Shown here piece after piece: positions 39,692 to 52,551 of a stretch of 64,000 nt of DNA (its first letter is position 1; every line of letters starts with the position of its first letter). The position numbers were made by a program, and so were the translations under genes. The stretch is taken from positions 1,364,001 to 1,428,000 of the forward strand of contig OZ287072.1 in assembly GCA_965645245.1 (NCBI GenBank), given 5' to 3'. The notes beneath the pieces were generated by a model that was not told the origin of the DNA, made no database searches, and saw nothing but the letters and a program-made list of their open reading frames with translations. Source of the DNA: Massalongia carnosa (Eukaryota).

Positions 39692-42601
39692 TCAATACCT
39701 TGGGTTAAAATCGTCCAGGTAGACTCCATTGCCAGTCAGAGACACTGTCTCCTTCTCTTTCCTCGTTCGTGCACCCTCCTCCAATTCCAGCTGCTTCAGC
39801 TTATGCTGCTGCTGGTCCGCTGCAAGCTTCGCCTGCTCATGCTTCATGCCTTCTTCCCAGTTATCGCCGTATATATCTTTATATATCGCTACTGTACTCT
39901 GATCCATTTGAGCGATCAAAAGGCGGAGAGCCTTGTCTCTCATCTCTCCAATTTGCGTAGTCAATGAGGCATCAGCGACTCCGTGCTTAGGCTTCTTCTT
40001 CATCGGCTCTTCCTCGTGTATGGGCAAACCGTCAGCCTTCCGCTTTTCCTCCAAGGCTTTCTTACGTCTAATTTTCTCGGCGAGATATCTTGCCGTGTGG
40101 CCGATAGCGGAGCCTGGTTGTGTGGGTGGAAGAACATCGAGTGGTGGTGCTGTAAAGAAAAGGACGTGCCCATGCTCGTCACGCTGAAATTGCTCCCGGA
40201 TATCTTCAGGAATCGAAGCATTTGCGGAATCGCTGAGATGATATACCTCAACTAGGCGGGGAGGATTGATCCCGGCACCCGAAACAACTCCAGGCCGTTG
40301 GGATGCTTGTGAATGTGGATAGCGGCCCTGAGGGGTTGAATGATGTTCGTTGTGAGATGAGTGATGTGACGAAGAATGTGTGTTATGGTTGAGAGTATAA
40401 GTTGAACTAGATTGCTGAGCATACTGATGGGGATGAAGAGGTGCTGGGGAGGCTGGATGTTGTTGATACTGCTGAACATGAGGTTGAGCATGAGGTTGGG
40501 ACTGGCTGCCCTGAGAAGGCGAAGGAGCAGATGAAGAGGTCTGGCCTGCAGTACCTCCCATAACCACATCCGCTTCACCATTTCGTCGATAAGCAGCTGA
40601 ATCATGGGTGGTCACGTTCGATACCTGCCTGGCTGCGGGAGGTGGGGGTTGTGGAGGTGGGGATGGCGTTGGATCTGGGGGTGGCGATTGCTAAAACGCG
40701 ACATTAGGCGTCGTAAGCCAGACGTCGGGTTGGAAACTTACATTCTCGTCCCTGGGACCCTTATAAACAGCGCCTACGATAGGTGGAGCATTTTCAACAC
40801 CCCAAGTTGGTTTGGGTAATTCATCGGTCTCCATGGCATCTTCTTTGAGCATGTGAAGAATCGGACTTGGGACTTTTTTGACTCTCTTCAACCCATGGAA
40901 GAGGTCCATCTCGTAGTCTTTGTCACGAACCTCGTCAGGTAGACAGCTCGCCCAAGTCTTGATCTTGTTGAGCCGATGCTTTTCTTCATTGTATCTTGAA
41001 TCACAAACGTACACTTCCTTGTCTGTTGCAAAGCCACGAGGCCGGCCTCGACTGTACCGTGTGGTAAACATAACAAAGCAGCGGTCGATGATTTCGTCAA
41101 TCCGATGGTCTCGATACTGGCCTGTCTTGACCACTTCATTCGGATAGAAATGCTTCTCATGCTGGTGGACAGTCTGCTCAGGTCGATAGTACCAACATGC
41201 GTTCACCCATTTCTGACCGTCCGTATCTTGCCAAGTTCGATAGATCTGGGCCACGATGGGTTTTGTTACGTCGTTGGGGTTCTGAATATGAACCCAATCT
41301 CCAACCTTCCACAGCTCACCGTTGTGTACAATACCATTAGGAAGCGGAAGACGACCCTCCTCCATCACGTACTCTGTGTCAGGCTTTTGCATTTCTAGAT
41401 CGGCCAGCTTACGCGCTTCATTCTAGTTCACATTAAACCTCCAGATTCCAAGAAACACGGTAATTGGGCTCACCTGTAGAAAAACCGCTTCTTTGTAGAT
41501 TTGACTTTCGTCTTCATTGTAGGACTTCGCGTTATTAAACATAATATCGATGTCTCGCATGAAGTGATCCACAGATTGATACTTTTTCCTTTTTTGTTTC
41601 CTCTACTGCATGTTAGTGGGCTTGTTATAAGTGGCCACTTAACGAAATAGAACGCTTGAAGTATTTATGCTAGCTTACCTTGATTAGCTCTATAGCAATG
41701 GGTTCTTTTATTTCCTGGTAGTACTCGGGCATGGTAGCTTTGTCAGGCAATTTTTCGAATCGATGAATCATGATATGCCCCTGATCGTCCTTGTGTCTCC
41801 GAATCCCTTTGAGAACTGCCTTGATCCTGGCCTCCATGGGTGTATCTACTCGTGGTGGTCGACCTCGCCTCTTCCTTGGATCCGCATCTGTCCCTCGTTC
41901 TCCGTCACCTTTAATGCCACTGTCGCGTTTCGTAATTGCTGCGAGGGACCGTGGACCGCGCTTTTTCTTTCGCTTTACCCCTTCCTCGTCAGATTCGTCC
42001 GCTTCATCATCTTCTTCATCATCCTCATCCTCGTCATCGTCATCGTCCTCATCTTCAAGACGGCGCGGGGAAGCCGGAGGTATCTCGCCAAGATCAGGGA
42101 AAACTGCAACTTCGGGAGATATGATCTTCTGTTCTACAAGCTGTTGCAACTCTTTTTCCATTAAAGCTTGTATAATGAGAGCATCCTGATAGGCTCCTGC
42201 CTCGGGTCTATTGTACGACTGCGCATTGTGTATAATCAGTGCACAGTCTCTTACGAATTCTGCAAAGGTTTTATATTCTCGACCAAGAAGCTTTGCTTTG
42301 AGAGTGCTTAACGCCACTGGTTCTTTGATGACTTCGTAGTAGTCAGGCATCGCCCGCTTGTTTACCTTTCGATGGAAGACTTTGGAGGGATCGTGGCCAC
42401 TGCGTCATCTTTAGTTTCTGGATCATCTCAACAGCCTCCTACATACTCTGGTAGCCTATGCGCATAGATACTATCAATGAAATTTCGTATTGCTCGCCAT
42501 TGTTCCTCCTTCATCTTCGTTTCCTCCACCTTTACAGGTATGGTATTAGTCTCAGCCGGCGCTGAAGGGGCACGACTACCAGGAGCGCTGACAGAAGCCA
42601 T
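39692..42601 (-). CDS. RSC chromatin-remodelling subunit Rsc1/Rsc2 (bromodomain, AT-hook, bromodomain, BAH); 5 exons
   Basis: Bromodomains PDYYEVIKEPVAL...HNAQSYN and PEYYQEIKEPIA...FNNAKSYN; AT-hook RRGRPPR; BAH domain VGDWVHIQNPND...WVNACWYYRPEQTVH; C-terminal VLFFTAPPLD...GHTARYLA. Confidence 0.93.
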
Positions 42602-43096
42602 GTTGCTGCTGGTAGTCTGCAGATCGCACGCATGAAGTCATGTAACAACCGCCAGGCGAGGTGTCTGCACACTTACGGCTCAAGAGCCACACGTCATTCC
42701 TGCGGCAGATTTATTCATGTAAGAACCTGGAAGGTAGTCGCGCAAAGGCTAGAGGCTGGTTAGTACGGTATAAGAGCAAGTTGGAGGAGGCGTGGATTTC
42801 GAAGCTCAACGATGAAACCCGCGTTACTTAAGCTATCTTTACTAGTAGGGCTTACAGCGTAGAACTTGACTAAGGTAACGATCTAACCGAGCCCTTGCAT
42901 GACTGCGGCGTCTGGAGGTAACCAGCCTACGTCATGTGAACTCACGTGATGAGGAAATGGACCAAAGCATTTCTCGGTCAGCAAGGCGCAACAAGGCACT
43001 CGACGGATCTATACAGAGTACTCCATATCTCATCTGTCCTCTCCTATAGGCGCTCTTGCATTAATTTTCAGTCTGTTCAAGTGCAGCCCACCTCAA

Positions 43097-44185
43097 ATGA
43101 GGATCAGAGTACGGGGTCCAGACGGCCAGTCCACACTGTCGATTGCGGACACTGCAACAGTCGGGGATCTAGTGTCACAGCTTTCCAAAGCAACTTCAAT
43201 CGATAGACTTGAAGTAAAGTACGGCTATCCGCCTCAACCGCTGCAGCTTGATCAGTTTGAAGTATCAACAAAGCTGTCTGACACTGGAATCCGTATAGAT
43301 GGAGAGCAGTTCATCGTCAGTAGAGCCTCTGACGCCACCAAAGCTGCTTCTCAAACACAAGAGGCACAAGAAACGAAAGCCCCTTTGAACAAAGCCAGCA
43401 CTTCTCAAAACTCCGAAGCCCTCTCATCAAATTTCTCCTTTGCTGGTGTTGGTTCCCCACCTCCCAACTCCACCCGACAGTCCAGCTCAGTCAACAAGCC
43501 TCTCGCCCTTACCCGTAAAGCCCCTAGCACTGAGCCTCCCGAAGTACCGCTTCCCTCGCACGCCGCGACCGTCATCCTTCGAATAATGCCCGACGATAAC
43601 TCCTGCCTCTTCCGTGCTTTCGGCACCGCCTACTTTGGCCTCATAGATAACGTAACTGAGCTGCGCTCCATCATCGCGCAGAACATCCAGGCCCGTCCGG
43701 ACGACTACTCGGCCGCTGTGCTGGACCAGCAACCGGATGACTACTGCCGCTGGATCCAAGGCCCGGACGCCTGGGGCGGCGCCATTGAGCTGGACGTTTT
43801 GAGTCGCCATTTCGATGTTGAGATCTGCTCCATAGATGTGCAGACTTGCCGCGTTGACCATTTTAACGAGGGTACCGAGAACCGCTGCATCTTGGTGTAT
43901 TCGGGGATTCATTATGATGTCATTGCTTTGTCACCTGCGGACCCGCCGTACGATCGCGCATACGCACCACCGGAGTTTGATACGAAAATATTTGATGGGA
44001 CGGATAAGGAGGTGCTGGAGAAGGCAGTGGATCTATGCAGGGTGCTGCAAGGGCGACATTATTTCACGGATACGGCGAACTTCAGCATAGTGTGCAACAT
44101 CTGTAGGAAGACGTTCACCGGGGAGAAAGGCGCTACAGAACATGCGATGCAGACCGGGCATTATGATTTTGGGGAAGCGGGTTGA
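43097..44185 (+). CDS. OTU1: OTU-family deubiquitinase Otu1
   Basis: N-terminal ubiquitin-like domain (MRIRVRGP...KYGYPP), catalytic PDDNSCLF, WGGAIE, YSGIHYD, C-terminal C2H2 CNIC...HAMQTGH. Confidence 0.95.
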   Translation: MRIRVRGPDGQSTLSIADTATVGDLVSQLSKATSIDRLEVKYGYPPQPLQLDQFEVSTKLSDTGIRIDGEQFIVSRASDATKAASQTQEAQETKAPLNKASTSQNSEALSSNFSFAGVGSPPPNSTRQSSSVNKPLALTRKAPSTEPPEVPLPSHAATVILRIMPDDNSCLFRAFGTAYFGLIDNVTELRSIIAQNIQARPDDYSAAVLDQQPDDYCRWIQGPDAWGGAIELDVLSRHFDVEICSIDVQTCRVDHFNEGTENRCILVYSGIHYDVIALSPADPPYDRAYAPPEFDTKIFDGTDKEVLEKAVDLCRVLQGRHYFTDTANFSIVCNICRKTFTGEKGATEHAMQTGHYDFGEAG

Positions 44186-44432
44186 AAAAGAGGGACGGGA
44201 CATCTCGGAGATGCTTGCGTAGGAATGAACTACTATTCATAGTATGGGTATTAGCATTGTGTTTGTTACACATAGACTTGGAAGCACTTTGTACATAGAC
44301 GTTGTACAACTACGGTCCATCGCGAAACTCTCTGCTTCGAAGATAGGAGTCACTAGTACTGTCAAGGCTCCATTCAAAAATCAGATGTCGATGCCAACCC
44401 ACAACCCAAACGCCCAACAATGATTCACTATG

Positions 44433-46142
44433 TCATTGCTTAACCTTTTTCGGTTTCTTGCCCTCCTTCTCCCCATTGACTTCCCCATGTTTCCGCTTTT
44501 TCTTGCTGTCCTCCTTGCCCTCCTTCGATTTCTTCTGCTTCTTGTCCTTTTGCTGCTTTTCCTGCTTCTGCACCGCTCTGGGCGGTACGTCTGCCATATC
44601 GACATCAATGCCCCCGGCATGCGCCGTGGGGTCATCGATCTCGATGTCTGCAAGCACGTGATCCATTGCTTTACGCTGTACTGCTTATTAACATGTATAC
44701 CGAAAGCCACGAAGAAGAATTAGGCCAAGGAAAACAACGAACCATAGCGATCTCATTCTTCGTCGGCGTAGCCCCTGAATCGTAGAATCGCAGTCTCTCC
44801 TCTACCTGCATCTTCAGTGCGTCCCCAAACCTTGTGGTTGGCGCCTCGGAGAAATTATCAATCCGAGATGCAATGGAGCACTTGTTAGCGAGGAACCTTG
44901 AAATACGGCCCTTATTTTTTGCCCCAGCTCTGCCGATAAAGGAGGAATGGTAGATCAAACCGTATTTTGGCGTGTTCCCTTTAGTCTTCAACGCCCTAAA
45001 GAGCGCTTTCTCCGCCCCGAGGATCTGCACCGTTGACGCTGGGTATTTGCAAAGATTCGTCAGGCTCCCTGCATGGGAGATGAGGCGCGCTCCAACTACT
45101 TCCCCAATCAGAGCGGCCAGATTCGGGGCCACAATGCCCATCTTTGCGATCAGATAGCCATGAAGCGTTTTTCGGTAATTCGCGAGGCTAACAACTCGCG
45201 AGGCGAATGTGGTGACATTTTCCATATCAGATTCCGAAAGATCCTGGCCCATGCTAACTCGGGCAGCATCTATGATACTCTGCGCAATTTCAGCGTCATC
45301 GTTGACCTGCGCAGCTAACTCATGAAGGTCGTCGTCACGTAGCCTCTTCTTATCTCCAATGAAAAGGGCCAGCTTGGCGTACTGCTGGTTTTCGGAGACA
45401 ATTCGGATGAGCTCGGGGAAATGCCACGAGTACCATTCCCTGACTCTCATGGAAAATGTATTTATTGCTTTGTCTAAATGGTCCAGCGTGGCAATAGCCT
45501 GGATAATATGATTGTCATTTTTCTGTACGCTAAACTTAACCCTGGCCCGTGAGTAGGCGTGTCCTAGACCAAGCTGCGCGCGTTCAACATCGCCTTCCTG
45601 CAGCTGCTTTAAGAGTTTTGGCGCATGTTGGCGAATCCCACGGAGCATATTTTGCACCACTTCGCTAGTATCACCAGTTTCGCATTCGACACCTGGAAAC
45701 GCAGCCTTGATGCTGCCTCCAAGGTTCTTATCCGATACTCCGAGCGTAATTTTGTTCTTTTTTCCTGCCTTAGGCAGATTAACTTCCAAAAGAGATATGA
45801 GGTACTCTGAAGCAATGCCTTCAGAGATATCGTTAGCATTTTCAAGAGCTTGCGCCGCTCCTCTACAAAACGAGTTAACGATTCGCAATTTCAAAGTTAG
45901 GAGAAGGGTAAGCCCCACTGAAAAGGTGCAAAGCTGACAAGCTTGATCATTTTACCAAATTTGGCGAGGTCCTAAAGCTCATTCAGCGCTGTCTCACATC
46001 GCAAGCCCTTGAACAAAATCTATGATACCTGAGCCGAGTCCTGAACTTCCTTGAGCCGGTTGCCAATAGTTTCGGGCTGATGGACAACTTGAAAGATTGC
46101 ATAGCCCACCGAGGACTCATGTAGAAGGTAGTCGATAGACAT
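44433..46142 (-). CDS. NOP56: Box C/D snoRNP protein Nop56; 4 exons
   Basis: [68 protein letters not shown]-rich tail; first exon [17 protein letters not shown]. Confidence 0.95.
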
Positions 46143-46505
46143 TGTTACACTCTCCTTGATTTCTTTACAGGCAGGGTGTGTAAGGCTTGCCGAAGTATGC
46201 TTACAATCACCCTGTCATTATCGAATCCCCCAAGATATGATGTTTGCTGAGACCTAGCAGAACTTCATCTACTTTGGGTGGCGCAAATGTAGAGTGGCAT
46301 TGTTGAGCGATAGAGTTATTTCCTGGTCAAATTCCTCCAATGGCAGAAAAGAAAAGTGTTCGGCCTCGCTAAAATTTAAGCTCTCTTTGGCCCTACGAAT
46401 ATAATGCTAACCGTGAACCGCGCTCAATAAACATTTATATCACAGAGGAAATATTGAGTAGTTGATACGTTTACAAAATCTTGTCAGTATCATTGCAGTG
46501 GAAAA

Positions 46506-48601
46506 ATGTCAGCCGCACAGCTGCTGAATCCGAAGGCTGAGTCAAGGGTGTGAGCTTCTTGTTTTGATTTTCATTCAAGGTGCTAACGGGCTTTTAGAGA
46601 CGCGGAGAAGCTCTGAAGGTCAATATTTCGGCCGGTGAAGGGTTGCAAGATGTTCTCAAATCGAATCTGGGACCTATGGGAACTATTAAAATGTTTGTTA
46701 AAGTTTTGGAGGTCTTTGAATTAGCGCTAACTTTTACTAGGCTGGTTGATGGCGCAGGAGGAGTACGAACCCTCCAGGAAAGCTTTAAGACCTTGGTGTA
46801 GCTGAGACTCATGAACTATATAGATCAAACTGACGAAAGATGGAAATGTGCTTCTGAGAGAAATGGTCTGCTCTTCCGTGAACTCTTTCCAAGAAGAAGC
46901 ACTAAATGTCCCCAGCAAATACAAAATCCTACTGCGGTGCGTTGAATCAGACCACAGATTTCGTCCCAAACTAAGTGTATAAGGTTATGATTGCCCGAGC
47001 TGCAACGGCGCAAGACGATATTACTGGTGATGGCACGACTTCAGTGGTGCTGATGGTTGGGGAGCTCTTGAAACAGGCAGACAGGTACATATCCGAAGGA
47101 TTACATCCTAGAATCATCACCGACGGTTACGAGATCGCGAAGACAGAAACTTTAAAGGTAAAAACCCTGAGCTTCCTTACGAAACCCAGCTAAACTTTAT
47201 CCGTGCAGTTCCTCGACGGGTTCAAGCTAGAAAAAGAGGTTGACCGAGAACTCCTGCTCTCCGTTGCGAGAACATCCTTATCTACAAAGCTTAATGGAAC
47301 TCTTGCGGAGAAGCTCACTCCAGCGATTGTCGATGCTGTACTTGCCATCTATCATCCTCCCGCAAAACCGGACCTTCACATGATTGAAATAATGAAAATG
47401 CAACACCGAACAGCATCTGACACCTCGCTCATAAAAGGCTTAGCGCTGGATCATGGTGCCAGGCATCCCGATATGCCAAAACGCCTCGAGAATGCCTATA
47501 TCCTGACTCTTAATGTTAGTTTGGAGTATGAGAAATCGGAAGTAAACTCAGGCTTTTATTATTCCAGCGCAGAGCAACGAGAAAAGCTTGTGGAGAGCGA
47601 AAGGAGATTTGTTGATGAAAAATTACGAAAAATCGTTGAGTTGAAGAAGGAAGTCTGTGGCAACGACCCGAAGAAAGGATTTGCTATCATTAACCAAAAA
47701 GGCATCGATCCGCTAAGTTTGGATGTCCTAGTGAAGAATGGTATTTATGCACTACGGAGGGCAAAACGAAGAAACATGGAGAGGTTGCAGCTTGTGTGTG
47801 GAGGAACTGCGCAGAACAGTGTAGATGATTTAACTCCCGACGTGCTTGGCTGGGCTGGGCTGGTTTATGAGCATCAATTAGGAGAAGAGAAATATACATT
47901 CATCGTGAGTACCGCTCTTGCTACTCCCATATGCCATTACTTATGCACTATCGCTAGGAGGACGTCAAGGAGCCAAAATCTGTCACGCTTCTAATCAAAG
48001 GTCCTAATGCTCATACGATTACACAAATCAGCGACGCAGTGCGTGATGGTTTGAGAAGTGTGTACAACATGATTGTCGATAAAAGCGTGGTTCCAGGTGC
48101 TGGCGCTTTCCAGATCGCATGTGCAGCGCACCTTTCTAGTGCCGCTTTTCAGAAGCAAGTCAAGGGCAAGGCAAAGTATGGCGTATCGGCTTTCGCAGAT
48201 GCGCTCTTGATAATACCCAAAACTCTGGCCGCTAACGCGGGTCACGACATCCAAGACAGTTGTGAGTCTCCACCGCTGGTTTGCTATTTTATCTGTGACG
48301 TTAACGAGAGACCTAGTGTCAGCTCTTCAGGATGAGCAGATGGAAGGGAATGTTGTTGGCCTCAACCTGACAACGGGTGAACCAATGGATCCAATCCAAG
48401 AGGGCGTCTATGACTCCTTCCGTGTCCTGAGGAATTGTCTAGCATCAAGCGCAGGCATCGCTTCAAACCTTCTCCTTTGCGATGAGCTTCTCAAAGCTCG
48501 ACAAATGGTAAGCCAACCTTCAACCGTACCGGTTCAATAACTGATTCATTTAGGGACGACCTCAAGGGCCCGGACCCGGGGAAGGGGAAGGGGAAGGGTG
48601 A
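46506..48601 (+). CDS. CCT6: Chaperonin CCT/TRiC subunit zeta; multi-exon
   Basis: [24 protein letters not shown]...[56 protein letters not shown]. Confidence 0.96.
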
Positions 48602-48981
48602 GCGGGTTCTCTAGCAGCTGTATCGACATATCCATGCCAGTACAGAACGATATCGGGATTATCCTGTAGACAAATCACTGTAGAGTACAGATGGATGCTT
48701 AAGATATACGCTTCTTCCAACATGTGACGGCGTGCCTGATCAAGAGAGACGAGTGCAGCGAAGCAAAAATCCTTCGTGTTGCACTAAAGTCATGATGACA
48801 TGGTGCATTAATTGTGAACCCTTGCTGTGTGGAGGTTATGAGACAACACTGTCTTAAACACCTGGCGCGATTGAAGTTCCATGGATTTATTATAATCGAT
48901 TTTCAAAAGGTAATATTACTGAGTCTAGTTTTTTGTTATTTTCCCTGAGAGCAGTCGTGTTAGGTTTCATGGCGGCCAATA

Positions 48982-50467
48982 TGGATGAATTGCACATGTG
49001 GTGATTGGAGCCGGTGAGCAAGAACGAACCCTAAAGTTTTACTTAGCAATAGAACCATTGATCCTGCCTATTGACTAGGGGTGACTAGGCTGTTGTTAGC
49101 ACAAGCACCAAAGAAGGTTTGCAACTGGTTATGTCTTATAACCTTGTCTAACGCGAGCCCAGGCTGGAATCCGCTACAGCATCGTCGAGAAAGAATCCTT
49201 AGAGCGCCCTCGAAGACGAGAATGGACTATGTTAGTGCATTGGGCGCTGCCGTCCTTGCGCCGACTTCTACCCGAGGACGTAGTGGATGGACTTCGCGAA
49301 GCGCAAGTCGATTCCTTTTACGAATATCCGCCGTCGGACTCACTTGCAGTATACTATAGTATGACTGAAGAGTTATTGCCAGCGTCCCCTTTCCTGAGGC
49401 TGTCCGCTACTCGAAAAGCAGGATACAAGCTTGTCTAGCAAAGGATGTATATATTGCAGTATTCTAATTTTTCTCGCCAAGATCATAGCAACACTGACCT
49501 TGACCACAGACTAAAAAGACCTTAAGCAGCTTTACGTGTCCGACTAGCTCAACTGTGATTGCTCATTTCGCCGATGGGTCCAGGTATTCTGGTAGCATAA
49601 TTATTGGTGCCGACCGGCCTCGCTCGGCCGAGAAAGACCACAGCGGTTGCTATACCCATCAATTTTGCGGCCGCAAACCTTCAGTTTGAGAATGCTGAGA
49701 AATCACTACTTGCTCGCAGCGGCGGTCCGATTTTCTGTGTTGGAACATATCCAAAGAACATTGCGGTTTTTATTTCAAGTAAGCGATCAGTCCAATCACC
49801 CCGTTCATGCGTAGGGACTGATTTCCGGCGCAGTTCAAGACGTACCCGATCCTGATAGACCGGAAACGTGGAGATTCTACGCCGGCCTAAGTTGGATGGG
49901 GAAGCGAGATCTAGAGATGTCTAATATTGATCGTCTCGCCTTGATGAAGAGTAAAGAGGAGCGATTAGCGGACCCGATCAAATCAATCATGCTATCGATT
50001 CCAGATGGGACACCCATCACATTTGACGATCTGGCTTATTGGGTCCCGATTCCTTGGGAGAATCGCGAGGGCCGAGTTTACTCTGGCTGGAGATGCAGCG
50101 CATCCTTTCCCCCCTCGTAAGCGTTTGTATCTTTTTTGGGGCACAAATCACTAATATCACCTCAATGGGGGTTTCAGATCGAGGTCAAGGGTTGAACCGA
50201 TGCATTGGCGACGTCGTGAGTATTTTCGAAGCGTTAAAGAAGGGCAAGGATGGGACAAGTCTCCAAGACGCTGTGTACAGTTATGATGATGATGATGTAG
50301 TGGACCGAGGCTCAAAGGAATGTAAAGTCTCGCATGACGCCGCACTGGTAATGCATGATTGGAATCAGTTTCTCCTAAAGTCGCCTTTGATCAACAGACG
50401 CATAGGCGAGAAGTCATGCATTCGAAAGAAAATAGGCAGAGAAATGGACGACAGTACTAGGATATAA
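48982..50467 (+). pseudogene. FAD-dependent monooxygenase pseudogene
   Basis: Fragments LHxVIGAG, LLLAQA, REWTMLVHWALPSL, IIGADRPRS, WENREGRV[+1 shift]TLAGDAAHPFPP and RGQGLNRCIGD lie in different frames with frameshifts and stops. Confidence 0.75.
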
Positions 50468-50519
50468 GTCTCCGCGAGAGGGGTGTTTTACACCAAAACA
50501 CGTCATGTTCACACATGAA

Positions 50520-50842
50520 TTAATCTGTCTTCGCAGCGTGCGATTTTTTTATGATTTAAAAATGTTATGAAGAATCAATTGAACTATCTTTTTATCGATT
50601 CGGATTTGATTCATATCATTAAATAATGATGTTTTAATCATGTAAAATTAACATCAATTGAAAATCGTGATTTTCGCTTGAATTTTGCGGAGAAAATCAA
50701 TATTTTCAGTTAGAGTCATATTTACTTCTCAACAACGACATCAATTCATAAAATAAAACTGTTTTTGAGTTGAAATATGATTGATTAATTGATTCTTCAT
50801 AACATATCATAAAAAAAATCGTAGGCTGCGAAGACAGATTAA
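50520..50842. mobile_element. AT-rich MITE with about 55-60-bp TIRs bounded by TTAA
   Basis: TTAATCTGTCTTCGCAGC...ATGTTATGAAGAATCAATT (50520-50580) is inversely repeated at 50787-50842; non-coding, very AT-rich interior. Confidence 0.8.
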
Positions 50843-50866
50843 TCGTGCCAAAACACTAAACCCCAA

Positions 50867-52551
50867 CCCATCACCTTACTGACGCATTCAGCCTACTGAC
50901 GCACTTTTCCCATTTTTACTACCATTTCCGCTACGAATTGGGGACAACAACGGTTAATCAAGATTCATTGATTATGACGCTGGTAAAACAGCTTTGCTTG
51001 CCTGGGCGACCTTTCCATCCAGTTTTTTACGGGCCGCCTTTGCGACGGATTGTTGATGACTGGCCAGAAGGTCCCGTTCAACAATCTGACGTGCATGAGC
51101 GCTGGAAATGGAACCTTCACAAATCGCCCCACATGACGCTCCCATTCGTTGTCCAGCACCTTGTATTTGGCCAGACTCATACGGAGACGCATACCTTATT
51201 CAACCACCTCTTTAGTCGTACGGGGCGTTCTGGCGAGCAATGGGGCCGACGAAGGTGGGGGCGGGGGTAGCAGGTCTTCGGGTCTGAATGGCCTCCAACT
51301 TTCGAATTACCACATCGGGATTGTAAGGCACCAAACCCGTGTTTCTGAATGACGATAATATAGTGCCCGAGGTGAATGTTTGATTTCGCATGCACTGAAA
51401 AATCGACAAAAAGTCGAGTTTGTCGAAATCTGCCCCTCCGAGTCGTACCAGTTCGTCAATGCCTTCGGAATGATAATGTTTAAATGGCTGAAAACATCCT
51501 ACATCCAATGGCTGAGTGAGATGTGTTGAATGAGGCGGCAAACGAAACAATTCAATCTAATTTCGTTTGGCATATGTAAAGAACTCGTATGTCATATGAG
51601 ATCCATATTCGTCCATAATCAACATACGCCAGGCACCTACCTGACCCTTTCGACTGTGTTTATCAAAATGTTTCAGCCAATCAATGGCCAAGTCATCATT
51701 GGAATAGCCGGTAGGACTAGTAGTCAACAAAACATCGTCATTCAGGTCGTTCTGCTGCGCCCATTTTTCGAGAATCAAAACCCTCGCGATAATCACCATT
51801 GGGGGAATGTGTCGACCACCAGCACTAATACACTCACAGGAGGTGACGTATTCTCTGTTGTCTGGGTTTGTCAATAACAGAGGCTTTCTGGAATGACCTG
51901 ACACCACCCAATGAGCCCTGCCACAGCCAATTCGAAAGCCCGTTTCATCCATGTTCCAAACATCCTCGTCCACTATTCCCCGCGCCTCGCGCCCAGCCCG
52001 ATATGCCTCGAAATATTCACGTATGTCCTTTGCATTGTGCGCGTGTTTTCGCTCGGCCGCCAAAGGTTTTTGTTTTCGTTTGAAGAACTGAGGATTGCGA
52101 TTGAGGAAACGTTTGGTCCAAGAATTGCTGACGATGGGGGGGGGGAGTGAAGGCGTATAAATGGGCTTCTCGAAGTAGATAATTGGCAGCTCCACGAACC
52201 ATTGGAAATCTGGCTGATTGTTCAGCTTGATCGAGCATTCGAATGTAATCACAAATAGCCAGTTCCTGTTCATCAGATAACGCCTTGTTGGGGGGAGTTC
52301 GGCCAATGCGCGAACCTCCTCCAGCAAGTCGTCTTTGAAGAGTACGAACGTCCACGTCAAAATCAATGGTTGCTGCGCGTATACTTCGAAATTCACCCGT
52401 GTCCCACGCGTTTATAGCGTCAACAATTCGATCCTCCTTATTAGAATATGAATTAGTCATGGTGGTGGTGGATGAACGACGTGGTGGAAATGGTAGTAAA
52501 AATGGGAAAAGTGCGTCAGTAGGCTGAATGCGTCAGTAGGGTGATGGGCAC
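50867..52551 (-). mobile_element. pogo/Fot1-family (Tc1/mariner superfamily) DNA transposon with a defective transposase
   Basis: 63-bp TIRs (50867-50929 / 52486-52548) with an internal CTACTGACGCA direct repeat; right end followed by TA. Transposase from ATG 52460 has an HTH/CENP-B region and DDE motifs WNMDETGF, IMDEYGSH, PPHSTHLTQPLDVGCF; frameshift at a C10 run (52136-52145), in-frame TAG at 51557, further lesions near 51250. Confidence 0.93.
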
